Below, in pieces: positions 1-10,386 of a stretch of DNA of 64,000 bases (the first letter of the stretch is position 1; each line of letters opens with the position of its first letter). Under the pieces are notes generated by a model. It had not been told where the DNA came from and made no database searches. It saw nothing but the letters and a program-made list of their open reading frames with translations. The stretch covers positions 19,601 through 83,600 of the forward strand of contig JBHELB010000071.1 of assembly GCA_041859045.1 (NCBI GenBank), in the 5' to 3' direction. The stretch is from Candidatus Hydrogenedentales bacterium (GTDB lineage Bacteria; Hydrogenedentota; Hydrogenedentia; Hydrogenedentales; SLHB01). A program made the position numbers and the translations under genes.

Positions 1-1229
<1,229 letters not shown>

Positions 1230-1271
1230 GGCATTCCTCCTTGTTACACGCGATAGCCCTGACAGGGGAAA

Positions 1272-1964
1272 TCAGTCTTCGTCCTTCTCGGCGGCCTTGC
1301 GGGAAGACGGCTTGCGTCGACGCTTGCGATCTCGCAGGGCATTGGCCTTGTAGAAGAGGGACGGGTCGATAATCGGGTCGTGCAGCCCCTGCGTCTCGAC
1401 GTCGCCGTAGCTGACGCGGCCGCGGTAGGTGCGATTCGAAAGGATAATGGCGATAGCCTGGCGCGACCAGCGGTTGCCTTTGCGGGTGTACACGCCCTTG
1501 GAATGAAGATAGCTGACGACTTTGCCTGTGCTGCGGGTCTGCAGGTATTCGCGGAAGATCATACGGACGACTTCAGCCTCGTCGTCATCGACCATAAGGG
1601 GCTTTTCGCCTTCGCCGCCGCGACGGTAGCCATAGGGCGCGGGACCGGTGCCGTAGCGGCCCTGTTGTACCGCACTCAGTTGACCACGCTTTACCTTGGC
1701 GCCGTGAGAGAGCCTGCCCGGCGTCTCTTCAAGCACCCCGCTTGGAAAGCGCGGCTCCACGACGCCCGTGGCGGTGGTCCCGTCCTGAAGAGCAACCCCT
1801 GTTTTCTGCCCCGTCGTATCCATGATTACGTGTCCGCTGATTTCGGAGGGCATAGGCCCCCCGGCCCCTATTAATTCCACAATCTCCGCGCGGTTTAAGC
1901 ACCATCGCCGACACTGTGTAAAGAATCCACCCCGTATTGTACGCGACTTCCCGGCATATGTCAA
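1272..1964 (-). pseudogene. Truncated large-serine-recombinase remnant (only the central 'recombinase' domain is recognisable)
   Basis: The C-terminal ~130 aa read GPAPYGYRRG...LMVDDDEAEVVRMIFREYLQTRSTGKVVSYLHSKGVYTRKGNRWSRQAIAIILSNRTYRGRVSYG, the classic recombinase-domain pattern. No resolvase catalytic domain lies upstream and no zinc-ribbon or coiled-coil lies downstream. The N-terminal 100 aa of the open frame look like noise. AT-rich non-coding DNA follows at 1860-2160. Confidence 0.55.
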
Positions 1965-2162
1965 TTATTTCTGTGGCAGTATTTGCGGTTACGCCCTTTT
2001 TGTCAGTTGGGATCGGGGAAGACCGGGCTTTATAGCTGACCACCGAAATGCCAATCGAAATCGTAACTATTTACAAAAGAAGCACATACAAAAAGAGCAA
2101 CGCGACCGCCGGGTATCCCTGCGGCCGCGTTGTCAGTTTACATATCCCCCCGGGATGTGCGA

Positions 2163-2642
2163 CTACTTGCCCTTCTTCTTGCCGCCCTTGACGACCGCCG
2201 CGATGGTATCGGGTGCGTTGCTGTAGAGCGGGCCATCGAAGGAGTAGCTCTTGTCCACGAACTCGTGGAGCTCCTTGACCGGCAGTCCCGAGGCCTTGGC
2301 CTCCGTGACGACCTCGTGAAGGCGGCCGTACACACGGCGGCGGCAGTCTTCCTTGCACTTCTGTTCGATGCCGCGGTTGACGAAGACACCCATACCCCGA
2401 CGCGTGTACAATAGGCCCATGACCTCAAGGTCGCGGTAGGCCTTGGCGACGGTGTTTGGGTTGACGTTCAACCGCTCGGACAGCTCGCGCACGGAGGGAA
2501 GCTGGTCGCCGGGCTTGAGCCGGCCAGAAGCAATGGCGAACTGCACATGATTCTCGATCTGTACATAGACAGCGACACTACTCGTAATGTCGATGCTCGA
2601 GAGCATATCGATTTCCTTCGGTTCGTTCTTCGCGCTAGACAT
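2163..2642 (-). CDS. GntR-family (YtrA-like) transcriptional regulator
   Basis: Winged-HTH pattern VYVQIENHVQFAIASGRLKPGDQLPSVRELSERLNVNPNTVAKAYRDLEVMGLLYTRRGMGVFV. Start moved to ATG 2642 (MSSAKNE...), which has an AGGAG RBS and lies downstream of the predicted promoter. The ORF-track start at 2699 is too close to that promoter. Confidence 0.85.
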   Translation of the reverse strand: MSSAKNEPKEIDMLSSIDITSSVAVYVQIENHVQFAIASGRLKPGDQLPSVRELSERLNVNPNTVAKAYRDLEVMGLLYTRRGMGVFVNRGIEQKCKEDCRRRVYGRLHEVVTEAKASGLPVKELHEFVDKSYSFDGPLYSNAPDTIAAVVKGGKKKGK

Positions 2643-2713
2643 TGGTTTTGCTCCTGTACTGCGTCTGCATATACACTGTTCTCCCAAAGCGCCAGCCATC
2701 CTATTCTGATATC

Positions 2714-2743
2714 ATTATACATGTTGATTTATGCCGCATTCAA
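2714..2743 (-). promoter_or_regulatory. Sigma70-type promoter for the GntR gene
   Basis: Minus strand reads TTGAAT (2738-2743) - 18 nt - TATAAT (2714-2719). It overlaps repeated ATGTTGA/ATGTTCA motifs at 2721-2727, 2752-2758 and 2769-2775. Confidence 0.5.
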
Positions 2744-2793
2744 GTAAAATTATGTTCAGTGCGTACACATGTTGAACGAATAAGGGGGGATCA

Positions 2794-4530
2794 ATGCCAA
2801 TTTACGCGCGACTAGTTGCTTATTTCTTGCTAGCAGGGTGGGTGCTGTGGCCGGGCTCGGATAGCTACGCGCAGGGCAACGCTACGCCAACGGGCGACGG
2901 AGTGAACATCCGGATAGACATTACGAACGTTGTGGGGCATCAGCTACCGGGCAAGGTCGAACTGCGCCCCGTTTCGGGTAAGGGCGTGGTTACGTCCATC
3001 GCGCGGGAGGGGCGCGGGCAAGTGACGTGTCCTCCCGGTGAGTATCAGGTGTTGATCTATGTGTATGAGTCAGGTGTTCCATTCTTGGCGGACGTGCAGC
3101 GCCAAACGTTTCAGGCGGGCCAACCGGGCGCCGTGCTCCTCAATCTGGCGGAAGGCGCGGAGAAGGGCAAAGAAGGATCCCTCGCCCAGTTTGACAAGGA
3201 CGGCGATCTGGCCCTCGACCGGGCCGAGGTCGCGGCGGGCACCGATCCCGACAATCCCTCCAGTCTGCCCGGCCGTCAATCGGCGCCGTTTCCCTCCACG
3301 GTGCTCGAGAAAAGGGCGGGGTGGTACCGCGGCGAACTGCACGCGCACTCGAAGTACGGCGGAGGCTCGGAAACCGTGGGCGAGTTGGTGCGCCGGGCGG
3401 AAGCCGCCAAGCTCGACTTTTTGGCGATCGCCGACCGCAATACGCTGGCGTCGGCGCTCGATCCCGAGTTCAAATCGAATTCGGTGGCGTTGATCCCCGC
3501 AATGGAGTGGGGGACGGAGCAGCAGGGCATCGCGTTGCTGTATGGGCCCGGGACGGTGCCGGGACCGGTGCTGAACGCGGCGGACGCGCAGGCGCTGGTG
3601 TGGCTGGTGCAAACCCAGGGAGGCGCTTATGCCGTCGCGCATCCGTGTTTCGAGAAAGCCCCGTGGCTCTGGGGATTGGCGAATGTGAACGCGATTGAGG
3701 TGTGGTGCCGGGAGTGGGCGAAGGTGCCGCCGGCCACGCTCGCGCGGTTGGGCGCGATCGGCGAGGAACGGACTCGGGAGAAGCGGCTGGTGTACCCCCT
3801 GGCGCGGGCGGTCGCCACGCAGGGGCTGTCGGCCAACGGCCAGGCGGCGCTGTACTACGAATACGAGTTGCAGCGCGGGCTGCGCGCGGGCCTGATCGGC
3901 GGCTCGATGAGTTCAGATCCCAAAGTCGCGCTGGCGGAGCCGGTGACGTGGGTGTATGCGGAAGAGAAATCGGCGCGCGGCATCGTTGACGGCATCCGCC
4001 GGGGGCGGACCTTTGTGTCGCATTCGCTGGACGGTCCGACAATCGAATTCGCCGCGGACGCGGGCAAGAAAGGGTCCGTGAATGTGGTGATCGGCGACAC
4101 CATTCCGGTCACGGTGGAAAGCGAACTGGCAGTGATGGTGCGCGACGCGAAGGGAAAGAAAGTGCAGATCCTGGCGAATGGCCGCCCGATCCGCACGCTC
4201 AACTGCACGGACAACGTGTTGGCGGTGAAGGTGCCGGTCAAACCGATGGAATACACGGTGTACACGGTGCGCGTGATCGAGCCGGTTACGGAGCAGGCGT
4301 TTGGCACGGTGCGGCCGCTGGCGATATCGAGTCCCATCTACGCGGAGCCGTATATCGTCGTCGATCCGAGCGTGAAGCCGGAGCAGGCGCGCGTGCGGAT
4401 TACGCCCTCGCGGGTAAAGGACGCCGCCGTGGCCCCGGGCGACAGCGCCAAGCCTTTTGCCGTGTACAAGGGCGAGGAATGGGCTCCGCCCACGGATGCG
4501 CAGGAGTTGGTGCCGCAGTGGGTGTACTGA
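2794..4530 (+). CDS. Secreted PHP-domain (CehA/McbA-like) metallohydrolase family protein
   Basis: N-terminal signal-like hydrophobic segment. PHP signature is WYRGELHAHSKYGGGSETVGELVRRAEAAKLDFLAIADRNT. An acidic Ca-binding-like stretch DKDGDLALDRAEVAAGTDPDNP is present. GGGGGA RBS. Confidence 0.65.
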   Translation: MPIYARLVAYFLLAGWVLWPGSDSYAQGNATPTGDGVNIRIDITNVVGHQLPGKVELRPVSGKGVVTSIAREGRGQVTCPPGEYQVLIYVYESGVPFLADVQRQTFQAGQPGAVLLNLAEGAEKGKEGSLAQFDKDGDLALDRAEVAAGTDPDNPSSLPGRQSAPFPSTVLEKRAGWYRGELHAHSKYGGGSETVGELVRRAEAAKLDFLAIADRNTLASALDPEFKSNSVALIPAMEWGTEQQGIALLYGPGTVPGPVLNAADAQALVWLVQTQGGAYAVAHPCFEKAPWLWGLANVNAIEVWCREWAKVPPATLARLGAIGEERTREKRLVYPLARAVATQGLSANGQAALYYEYELQRGLRAGLIGGSMSSDPKVALAEPVTWVYAEEKSARGIVDGIRRGRTFVSHSLDGPTIEFAADAGKKGSVNVVIGDTIPVTVESELAVMVRDAKGKKVQILANGRPIRTLNCTDNVLAVKVPVKPMEYTVYTVRVIEPVTEQAFGTVRPLAISSPIYAEPYIVVDPSVKPEQARVRITPSRVKDAAVAPGDSAKPFAVYKGEEWAPPTDAQELVPQWVY

Positions 4531-4667
4531 GTCCCGTTCGAAGCGTTTACTGCTTACGTTCGGTTCTTGTTCTTCACCTCATTAAGGTATAGACTCGAAA
4601 TCGTGTAGGCAGCGAATCATTTCGAGGCCGTTCGCGGGCGTTTTGGGCCGTTGGCCACGGGAGAGAT

Positions 4668-5753
4668 ATGCCGGTTCAAGAGTATGCGCTACGGTATGCC
4701 GCGCTGTTTGGCGTGGCGTTCGCGGTGTGCCTTCTGCTTGAGCCTTTGGTGATCCTGGGCGCGCGCGCGTGCGGCGTAACGGACACCCCGAACTGGCGCA
4801 AGGTACACACCCGCCCGATGGCGCGCATGGGCGGCTTGGCGTTCCTTCCGGCGTTGCTGGCGGCGTTTATACTCGCGCTGTGGTATTGGCCCGTGCTCTG
4901 GCAAGAAAAGTACTACGGCGTGGCGCTGGCGGCGCTTATCCTCGTCTGCACGGGCCTGTGGGACGATGCCTGCGGCATGCGGCCAATTGTGAAGCTTTTT
5001 TTTCAGTTCGCGGCGGGGGCGTGCCTCTGGGTGTTTCAATACCGTTTTGACGTGGTCTCGCTGCCTTTCACCGAGACCGTGCTCGATATCGGCCGATTCG
5101 ATTTCATCGTGATCGTCGTCGGGACGGCGCTCGTGATCAACGCGATCAACATGATCGACGGGCTCGACGGACTCGCCGCGGGCAGCACGTTCATCATGTG
5201 CCTCTTCTTGTTCATCAGCAAGATGACGCAAGGGGGATGGGACGGCGGGCTCGTGCTAGCGGCGGGGATGGGGCTGACGTTGGCCTTCCTGTGCTTCAAC
5301 CTTCACCCCGCGCGCGTGTTCATGGGCGACACGGGCTCGATGGTGCTGGGCTTGTTGCTGGCGTCGGAGCTGTTCGATGCGTCCTCGCGCGGCGTCGCGG
5401 TCACGACCTTGCTTATCCCGCTGTCCACCCTCGCGGTGCCGTTGGTCGATCTCTTTCGCACCGTGTTCAGCCGCGCGCGCCGGGCTCGCCACCTGTTCGC
5501 GGCGGACAAGAGCCACCTCCACCACCACCTGCTCGAACTGGGCCTGACGCAGCGAGGCGTGGTCGTCTTCATCTACGCCATGAACGTCTATGTCGGCGTG
5601 ATGGCCATGCTCTACTACCATGTCGAACCGGCGTACCGCGCGGCGCTGCTCATCAGCACGGGACTCTTCCTGTTTCTCACGTTCTATCTCATCGGCACCC
5701 ACTTCAGAGCCGGCGCTACGCGTCCTGGCGATCCGAGGGCCTCCGATGAGTAG
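4668..5753 (+). CDS. Polyprenyl-phosphate N-acetylhexosamine-1-phosphate transferase (WecA/MraY family, GT4 polyprenol-P transferase)
   Basis: Multi-TM protein with NMIDGLDGLAAG and FMGDTGSM motifs characteristic of the MraY/WecA superfamily. Confidence 0.85.
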   Translation: MPVQEYALRYAALFGVAFAVCLLLEPLVILGARACGVTDTPNWRKVHTRPMARMGGLAFLPALLAAFILALWYWPVLWQEKYYGVALAALILVCTGLWDDACGMRPIVKLFFQFAAGACLWVFQYRFDVVSLPFTETVLDIGRFDFIVIVVGTALVINAINMIDGLDGLAAGSTFIMCLFLFISKMTQGGWDGGLVLAAGMGLTLAFLCFNLHPARVFMGDTGSMVLGLLLASELFDASSRGVAVTTLLIPLSTLAVPLVDLFRTVFSRARRARHLFAADKSHLHHHLLELGLTQRGVVVFIYAMNVYVGVMAMLYYHVEPAYRAALLISTGLFLFLTFYLIGTHFRAGATRPGDPRASDE

Positions 5754-7419
5754 ACGGGATCTGCGATGGATTATGGTGCTGCTGGGAACGGCGCTGTCCC
5801 TGGCGTTGTTCGCCGGGTTCACGCAATGTTGGCGAACGCTGCGCTGGGCTTCGCTTGATGCCATCGACTACGCAGAGCGCGTCCCGGCGTTGTTGGCGAA
5901 GGGAAAGACCGCGGAGGCGTTGCGTACGGCCCGGACCGCGCGCGAACGCTATGCGCTCGATCCTGCGGCGGGGTTCACGTACGCCCAAGCCCTTGAGGCC
6001 ACCGAAAACCACGCCGCCGCCAACCGCGAACTCGAGGCCGTCCTTCAAATATCCTCGGTACCCGCATCGAACCCGGAAGGATCGCGCCCGACCCTCAAGC
6101 CTTTTTTCTTCCCGGCGGCGCGGTATCACCTGGGCGAACGCGCGTTCGCCGCTGGAAACCTCGCGGAAGCCGTGGAGCAATTCGAACTGGGTTCCGCGTT
6201 CAGTGCCATGCCGAACGAAGCGCAGCGGAAGACGGTTGCCGCGGCTTTCGCGAAGTTCGGCCTCCATGAACGCGCATTGACTCTCGACCCGGCTTTGCCT
6301 ATCGACAACGCCTTTGCCGCCTTGGCAAAAGCGCGTCGGTTCGCGCTCGAGAGTAAGTGGGCGGAGTGCCGCGCCGCGGCGGAGCAAGCCTTGAAGTTCC
6401 AGGCAGACCTTCCCGAGGCGTACTGTCTCTGGGGTGTGGCGTGTATCGCGCTCGAAGCGCCTAGTGAGGCGGAGCGCTTCCTCTCGGCGGCCGCCGGAAA
6501 GTGGCCCGGCGCGACGTGGTATCTCGGACGCGTACAGGAGAAGAACGGCAAGGCCTCGGCGGCCATCGAAGCATATTTGTCCACGCCCCAGGAGAGCATC
6601 TATCGCCCATTTGCCGTGACCGCCGCACTGCGGCTGCTTGAGACCGGCGTGGCGGCGAAGGACGCCGACCCCGCCGCGTTGCGCGAGGAGCGCGACCGCC
6701 TGTTGCAGGTGTGGACGCAGTCGGTGGCGCAGAGCCGCGACGCCGCGAGCGACACGCGCCTGCTCTCCGCGCGTTTCGAGCCGGGCGTGAGCGCGGAGAC
6801 GTTTCCCGCCGCCTTTGCGTGGCGTTTGGCCACGCCTGCAAACGCCGCCGAACCCGTGCTGCGCGAGAACGGTCCGCTGGGCATCATGCTCCATCACGGC
6901 GCAAATCTGATCGAGCTTCGCTTTGTCCAGAATCTGCTGCCGTTTGGCGATTTTGCGCGCGCGTGGAATATCCCCGGACGCTTCATAGGATGGCCCGAGC
7001 GTTGCCGCACGCCGCGCGATGCCGTGGAAAGCGGATTGGCGGCGTCGGCACAAGTGAACGGCGCGACGGTGCTGAAGGTAACGAATCCCGATCCGCAGGG
7101 GCAGGTGTTGTGCGGTTCGACGCCGTTGGCGGTCACGCCCGGCGCGCGATACCTGCTCGCGGTGCGCTGCAAATCGGATCCGGCGCGACTGAACGCGGGA
7201 TGGTCGTGGTACGACGGCAACGAAAATGTCGTGTACACCTACAACATCATGAACCAGACCCCCGCGGCGAATTGGGTGTGGACGTTCGGCTATGAGCGCT
7301 GCCGCGAATCGGCCCAGTGGATGCAGGTGGTCGTGGGACTCTACCAAGAGGCCGGCGCGGCGCTCTTCGAACAGGCCCTCGTGATCCCGCTTGAACCGCC
7401 GGTCATGTCGGGATCGTAG
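5746..7419 (+). CDS. Membrane-anchored TPR-repeat protein with C-terminal jelly-roll/CBM-like domain
   Basis: Start moved to ATG 5746 (MSRRDLRWIMVLLGTALSLALFAG; ATGA-type overlap with the upstream stop). Ala/Leu-rich TPR-like repeats are followed by a beta-rich C-terminus (VLKVTNPDPQG...YLLAVRCKSD...WSWYDGNENVVYTYN). Function not assignable. Confidence 0.55.
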   Translation: MSRRDLRWIMVLLGTALSLALFAGFTQCWRTLRWASLDAIDYAERVPALLAKGKTAEALRTARTARERYALDPAAGFTYAQALEATENHAAANRELEAVLQISSVPASNPEGSRPTLKPFFFPAARYHLGERAFAAGNLAEAVEQFELGSAFSAMPNEAQRKTVAAAFAKFGLHERALTLDPALPIDNAFAALAKARRFALESKWAECRAAAEQALKFQADLPEAYCLWGVACIALEAPSEAERFLSAAAGKWPGATWYLGRVQEKNGKASAAIEAYLSTPQESIYRPFAVTAALRLLETGVAAKDADPAALREERDRLLQVWTQSVAQSRDAASDTRLLSARFEPGVSAETFPAAFAWRLATPANAAEPVLRENGPLGIMLHHGANLIELRFVQNLLPFGDFARAWNIPGRFIGWPERCRTPRDAVESGLAASAQVNGATVLKVTNPDPQGQVLCGSTPLAVTPGARYLLAVRCKSDPARLNAGWSWYDGNENVVYTYNIMNQTPAANWVWTFGYERCRESAQWMQVVVGLYQEAGAALFEQALVIPLEPPVMSGS

Positions 7420-7599
7420 CGGTGACGTCACCGCCCCTGATGATTCCTTCTCCACTTCGAAAAGCGCAGCAGACGCCGTGGTATCTTTCACTCTTACACT
7501 TTAAACATTGGGGCTTCTCCAATATTCCCGTTCTTGCCAGCCCGTGCTATTCATGTTAGAGTGGATTCGTACCTGGAGGAAGTTCCTCTGGGAGGATAT

Positions 7600-8886
7600 G
7601 TGGAAAAGACGCACACCAAATTGATAGATATCGAGCAGCCGCCGATTACCGAACGCGCCATCGTAGTGCGGTTGGCGTTGCCGGGCGACAGCGACGACGA
7701 GATCGAAGAGTCCCTGGGCGAGATTGGACGCTTGGCCTGGACTGCCGGCGCCGAGGTCGTGCTGACCACGGTGCAATACCGGTCACGCCCGTGCCCTGCC
7801 ACGTTGATCGGCTCAGGAAAAGTCGAGACGATCCGCGCGGCGGTGGAGGAACTCGGCGCGGATCTCGTGATCTTCGATTCCGATCTGAGCCCCACCCAAG
7901 GCGCGAAGCTCCAAGATACGCTCAAAGTAAAAGTCGTGGACCGTACGCAACTGATCCTCGACATCTTTGCGCAACGCGCGCGCACCAACGAAGGCAAGCA
8001 TCAGGTCGAACTCGCGCAACTTCAGTATGCGCTGCCGCGATTGACGGGGCGCGGCGTCGAGATGATGCGCTTGGGCGGCGGTATCGGCACGCGCGGGCCC
8101 GGCGAACAGAAACTCGAAGTCGATCGCCGCGTGATTCGTCAGCGCATCGATCGCTTGCGCGGCGAACTAGACGAAATCCGCAAACATCGCCGCGTTCAGC
8201 GCAAGCGGCGTTCGGAATCCGCATGCGCGACGGTGGCGCTGGTTGGATACACCAACGCGGGCAAGTCGTCGCTCCTGCGCGCGCTGACGGGTGCGGATGT
8301 GTTGATAGAGGACAAGTTGTTTGCGACGCTTGATCCGACGAGCCGACGCGTGGCGTTGCCGAGCCGACGCGAAGCGGTGTTCACGGATACGGTAGGATTC
8401 ATCCGCAAGCTGCCGCATTCGCTGGTCGCGGCGTTCCGCGCGACGCTCGAGGAAGTCACGGAGGCCGACCTGATCTTGCTGGTGGCGGATGCGGCCCATC
8501 CCGCCGTGCGCGAGCAAATCGACGCGGTGAATGTGGTGCTCGAAGAAATCCATCTGCCCGACAAGCCGCTGATCCGGGTGTACAACAAAATTGATGCCGC
8601 GGACCCCGACGACGTGCATGCGTTGTGCGCGGAGCCCGGAATCTGCGTGCCCGTCTCGGCACATACTGGCGAGGGACTCGATGCGCTGATGCAGACGGTC
8701 GACGCGCAGTTGGTGTCGAGTCGCACGCGCGTGCGGTTGTGCATTCCGCACGAATACGCGGGCCTCGTCGCCCGGCTGCACGAGGACGGTCTCGTATTGA
8801 GCCAGGAGTACGATCACGACGCGATCCATGTCGAAGCTGAAGTCGGCCCTGCGTTACGATCCGCCGTCGCGCGGTTCATCGCCTGA
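7600..8886 (+). CDS. hflX: GTPase HflX
   Basis: Motifs QVELAQLQYALPRL, GGGIGTRGPGEQKLEVDRR, G1 motif VGYTNAGKSSLLRALTG and DTVGFI. Start set at GTG 7600 (GGGAGG RBS 5 nt upstream). The ORF-track TTG at 7534 is possible but has no RBS. Confidence 0.9.
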   Translation: MEKTHTKLIDIEQPPITERAIVVRLALPGDSDDEIEESLGEIGRLAWTAGAEVVLTTVQYRSRPCPATLIGSGKVETIRAAVEELGADLVIFDSDLSPTQGAKLQDTLKVKVVDRTQLILDIFAQRARTNEGKHQVELAQLQYALPRLTGRGVEMMRLGGGIGTRGPGEQKLEVDRRVIRQRIDRLRGELDEIRKHRRVQRKRRSESACATVALVGYTNAGKSSLLRALTGADVLIEDKLFATLDPTSRRVALPSRREAVFTDTVGFIRKLPHSLVAAFRATLEEVTEADLILLVADAAHPAVREQIDAVNVVLEEIHLPDKPLIRVYNKIDAADPDDVHALCAEPGICVPVSAHTGEGLDALMQTVDAQLVSSRTRVRLCIPHEYAGLVARLHEDGLVLSQEYDHDAIHVEAEVGPALRSAVARFIA

Positions 8887-8907
8887 GCCCACACCAACGA
8901 GGACCCT

Positions 8908-10386
8908 ATGAACGTTGCGTTTCTAAACCCGATGTTTGGCGTGGATTTCACGAAGTCCGCGCGCTGGTTTGCGCGATCGCGCGGCCGTGTGCAGCGCCAT
9001 CCCGATTATCTGGCGATTGCCGCCGCGACGGTCGAACAGGCGGGGCATCGCCTGTTCTTCTGCGACGCGCAGGCGAAGAACATGCCGACGGAAGTGCTGT
9101 TGCCGAAACTTCGTGAGTTCAAACCGGATCTGATCGTGTATCAGGCAACCACGCCGTCCATCGATTGCGACATCGCCGCCGCCGCGCGCTGCAAAGAAGC
9201 CACGGGCGCTATGAACGTCTTTGTCGGTCCGCACGTGAGCGCGGAGCCGCAGGATACGCTCGAACGCGCGGAGGGCGCCGTCGACGCGGTGACTATCGGC
9301 GAGTACGACTACACCTTGCGCGACCTTGCGAACGGTGTGCGGCTCGAGGATTGCCTCGGGCTGGTATGGCTGGACCAAGGGACCGTGCGCACCAACCCGG
9401 CGCGGCCGCGCATCGACAATCTCGACGAACTGCCGTTCCCGGCGTGGAAGCATATCGACATTCATGACTACCACGACGCGGGAAAGCTGTTCCCGTTCCT
9501 AACGCTGATCAGCGGCCGCGGCTGCCGCGCGGCATGCACGTTCTGCCAGTTGCCGCAAGTCATGAACGGGCGTTCGTATCGCACGCGCAGCATTGAGCAC
9601 ATCTTGGGCGAGATCGATTACGACGTCAGCCTGTTTCCCAACTTGCGCGAGATCATGTTCGAGGACGATACCTTGACCATGCGCGGCAGCGAGGAACGTC
9701 TGACGGCATTGTGCGAGGCCTTGTTGCGTCGTCGTTCGAGCCTGACCTGGAGCGCCAACGCGCGCGTGGACGTGAACGACTACGAACTCCTGCGGCTCAT
9801 GAAACGCAGCGGATGCCGCATGCTTTGTGTGGGCTTCGAGTTTGGCGATCCGGACGTGCTGTTGCGCATCGGCAAGGGCGCGACGGTCGATCAAATGCAC
9901 ACGTTCGCCGAGAACGCGCACCGCGCGGGCATTCGCGTGCACGGCTGCTTCATGTTCGGCGGTCCCGGCGAAACCCGTGAGACCGCGCGCCGCACCATCG
10001 ACCTCGCCTGCACGCTTCCGATCGACACCGCGCAATTCAGCGGCGTGGTGGCGTATCCGGGCACGGCGTACTACCAGTGGGCGAAGAAAAGCGGGTATCT
10101 TGTTCCGCAGCGTTGGCGGGACTGGGTGGATGCCGATGGGGAGCAAGTGACCACGGTGAGTCTGCCGGACCTTTCCGCGACGGAAATCAACGCGCTCATC
10201 GACGACGGGCTCCGTGCGTTTTACACGCGGCCCTCGCAGATGTGGCGCATGGCCACCAACATTCGATCGATGGCCGACGTCCGGGCCAAGTGGCACGGCG
10301 TCAAGAGCTTTTTGGCGTATTTTCGCACCCGCACGCCGCAGACCTCGGGCGGCGATGGAGGACAGCGTGAATCCAAGCACTCCTGA
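8908..10386 (+). CDS. Cobalamin-binding-domain radical SAM protein (class B, COG1032-like), paralog 1
   Basis: N-terminal B12-binding-like Rossmann part (MNVAFLNP...DLIVYQATTPS...VFVGPHVS). Radical SAM cluster motif GRGCRAACTFCQ (CxxxCxxC). The first 60 aa resemble the HpnJ-like subgroup from memory only. Confidence 0.75.
   Translation: MNVAFLNPMFGVDFTKSARWFARSRGRVQRHPDYLAIAAATVEQAGHRLFFCDAQAKNMPTEVLLPKLREFKPDLIVYQATTPSIDCDIAAAARCKEATGAMNVFVGPHVSAEPQDTLERAEGAVDAVTIGEYDYTLRDLANGVRLEDCLGLVWLDQGTVRTNPARPRIDNLDELPFPAWKHIDIHDYHDAGKLFPFLTLISGRGCRAACTFCQLPQVMNGRSYRTRSIEHILGEIDYDVSLFPNLREIMFEDDTLTMRGSEERLTALCEALLRRRSSLTWSANARVDVNDYELLRLMKRSGCRMLCVGFEFGDPDVLLRIGKGATVDQMHTFAENAHRAGIRVHGCFMFGGPGETRETARRTIDLACTLPIDTAQFSGVVAYPGTAYYQWAKKSGYLVPQRWRDWVDADGEQVTTVSLPDLSATEINALIDDGLRAFYTRPSQMWRMATNIRSMADVRAKWHGVKSFLAYFRTRTPQTSGGDGGQRESKHS

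Noticed and set aside
2643-2699. N-terminal extensions in the ORF track (2699, 5620, 7534, 10214, 11335, 17249, 23285, 25618, 27077, 32074, 39723, 47218, 51791, 55167, 56866, 57659, 58017, 61451)
   Set aside because: The longest-ORF starts lack RBS motifs, overlap upstream genes heavily, or add Arg-rich non-protein-like leaders. Internal ATG/GTG codons preceded by GGAG-type RBSs and matching family N-termini were preferred. The exact starts remain predictions.
5716-7491. 591-aa minus-strand ORF
   Set aside because: Antisense shadow of the TPR/CBM-like gene 5746-7419. Extremely Arg-rich (RRRRTAQH..., RRGG...) with no motif and no RBS.
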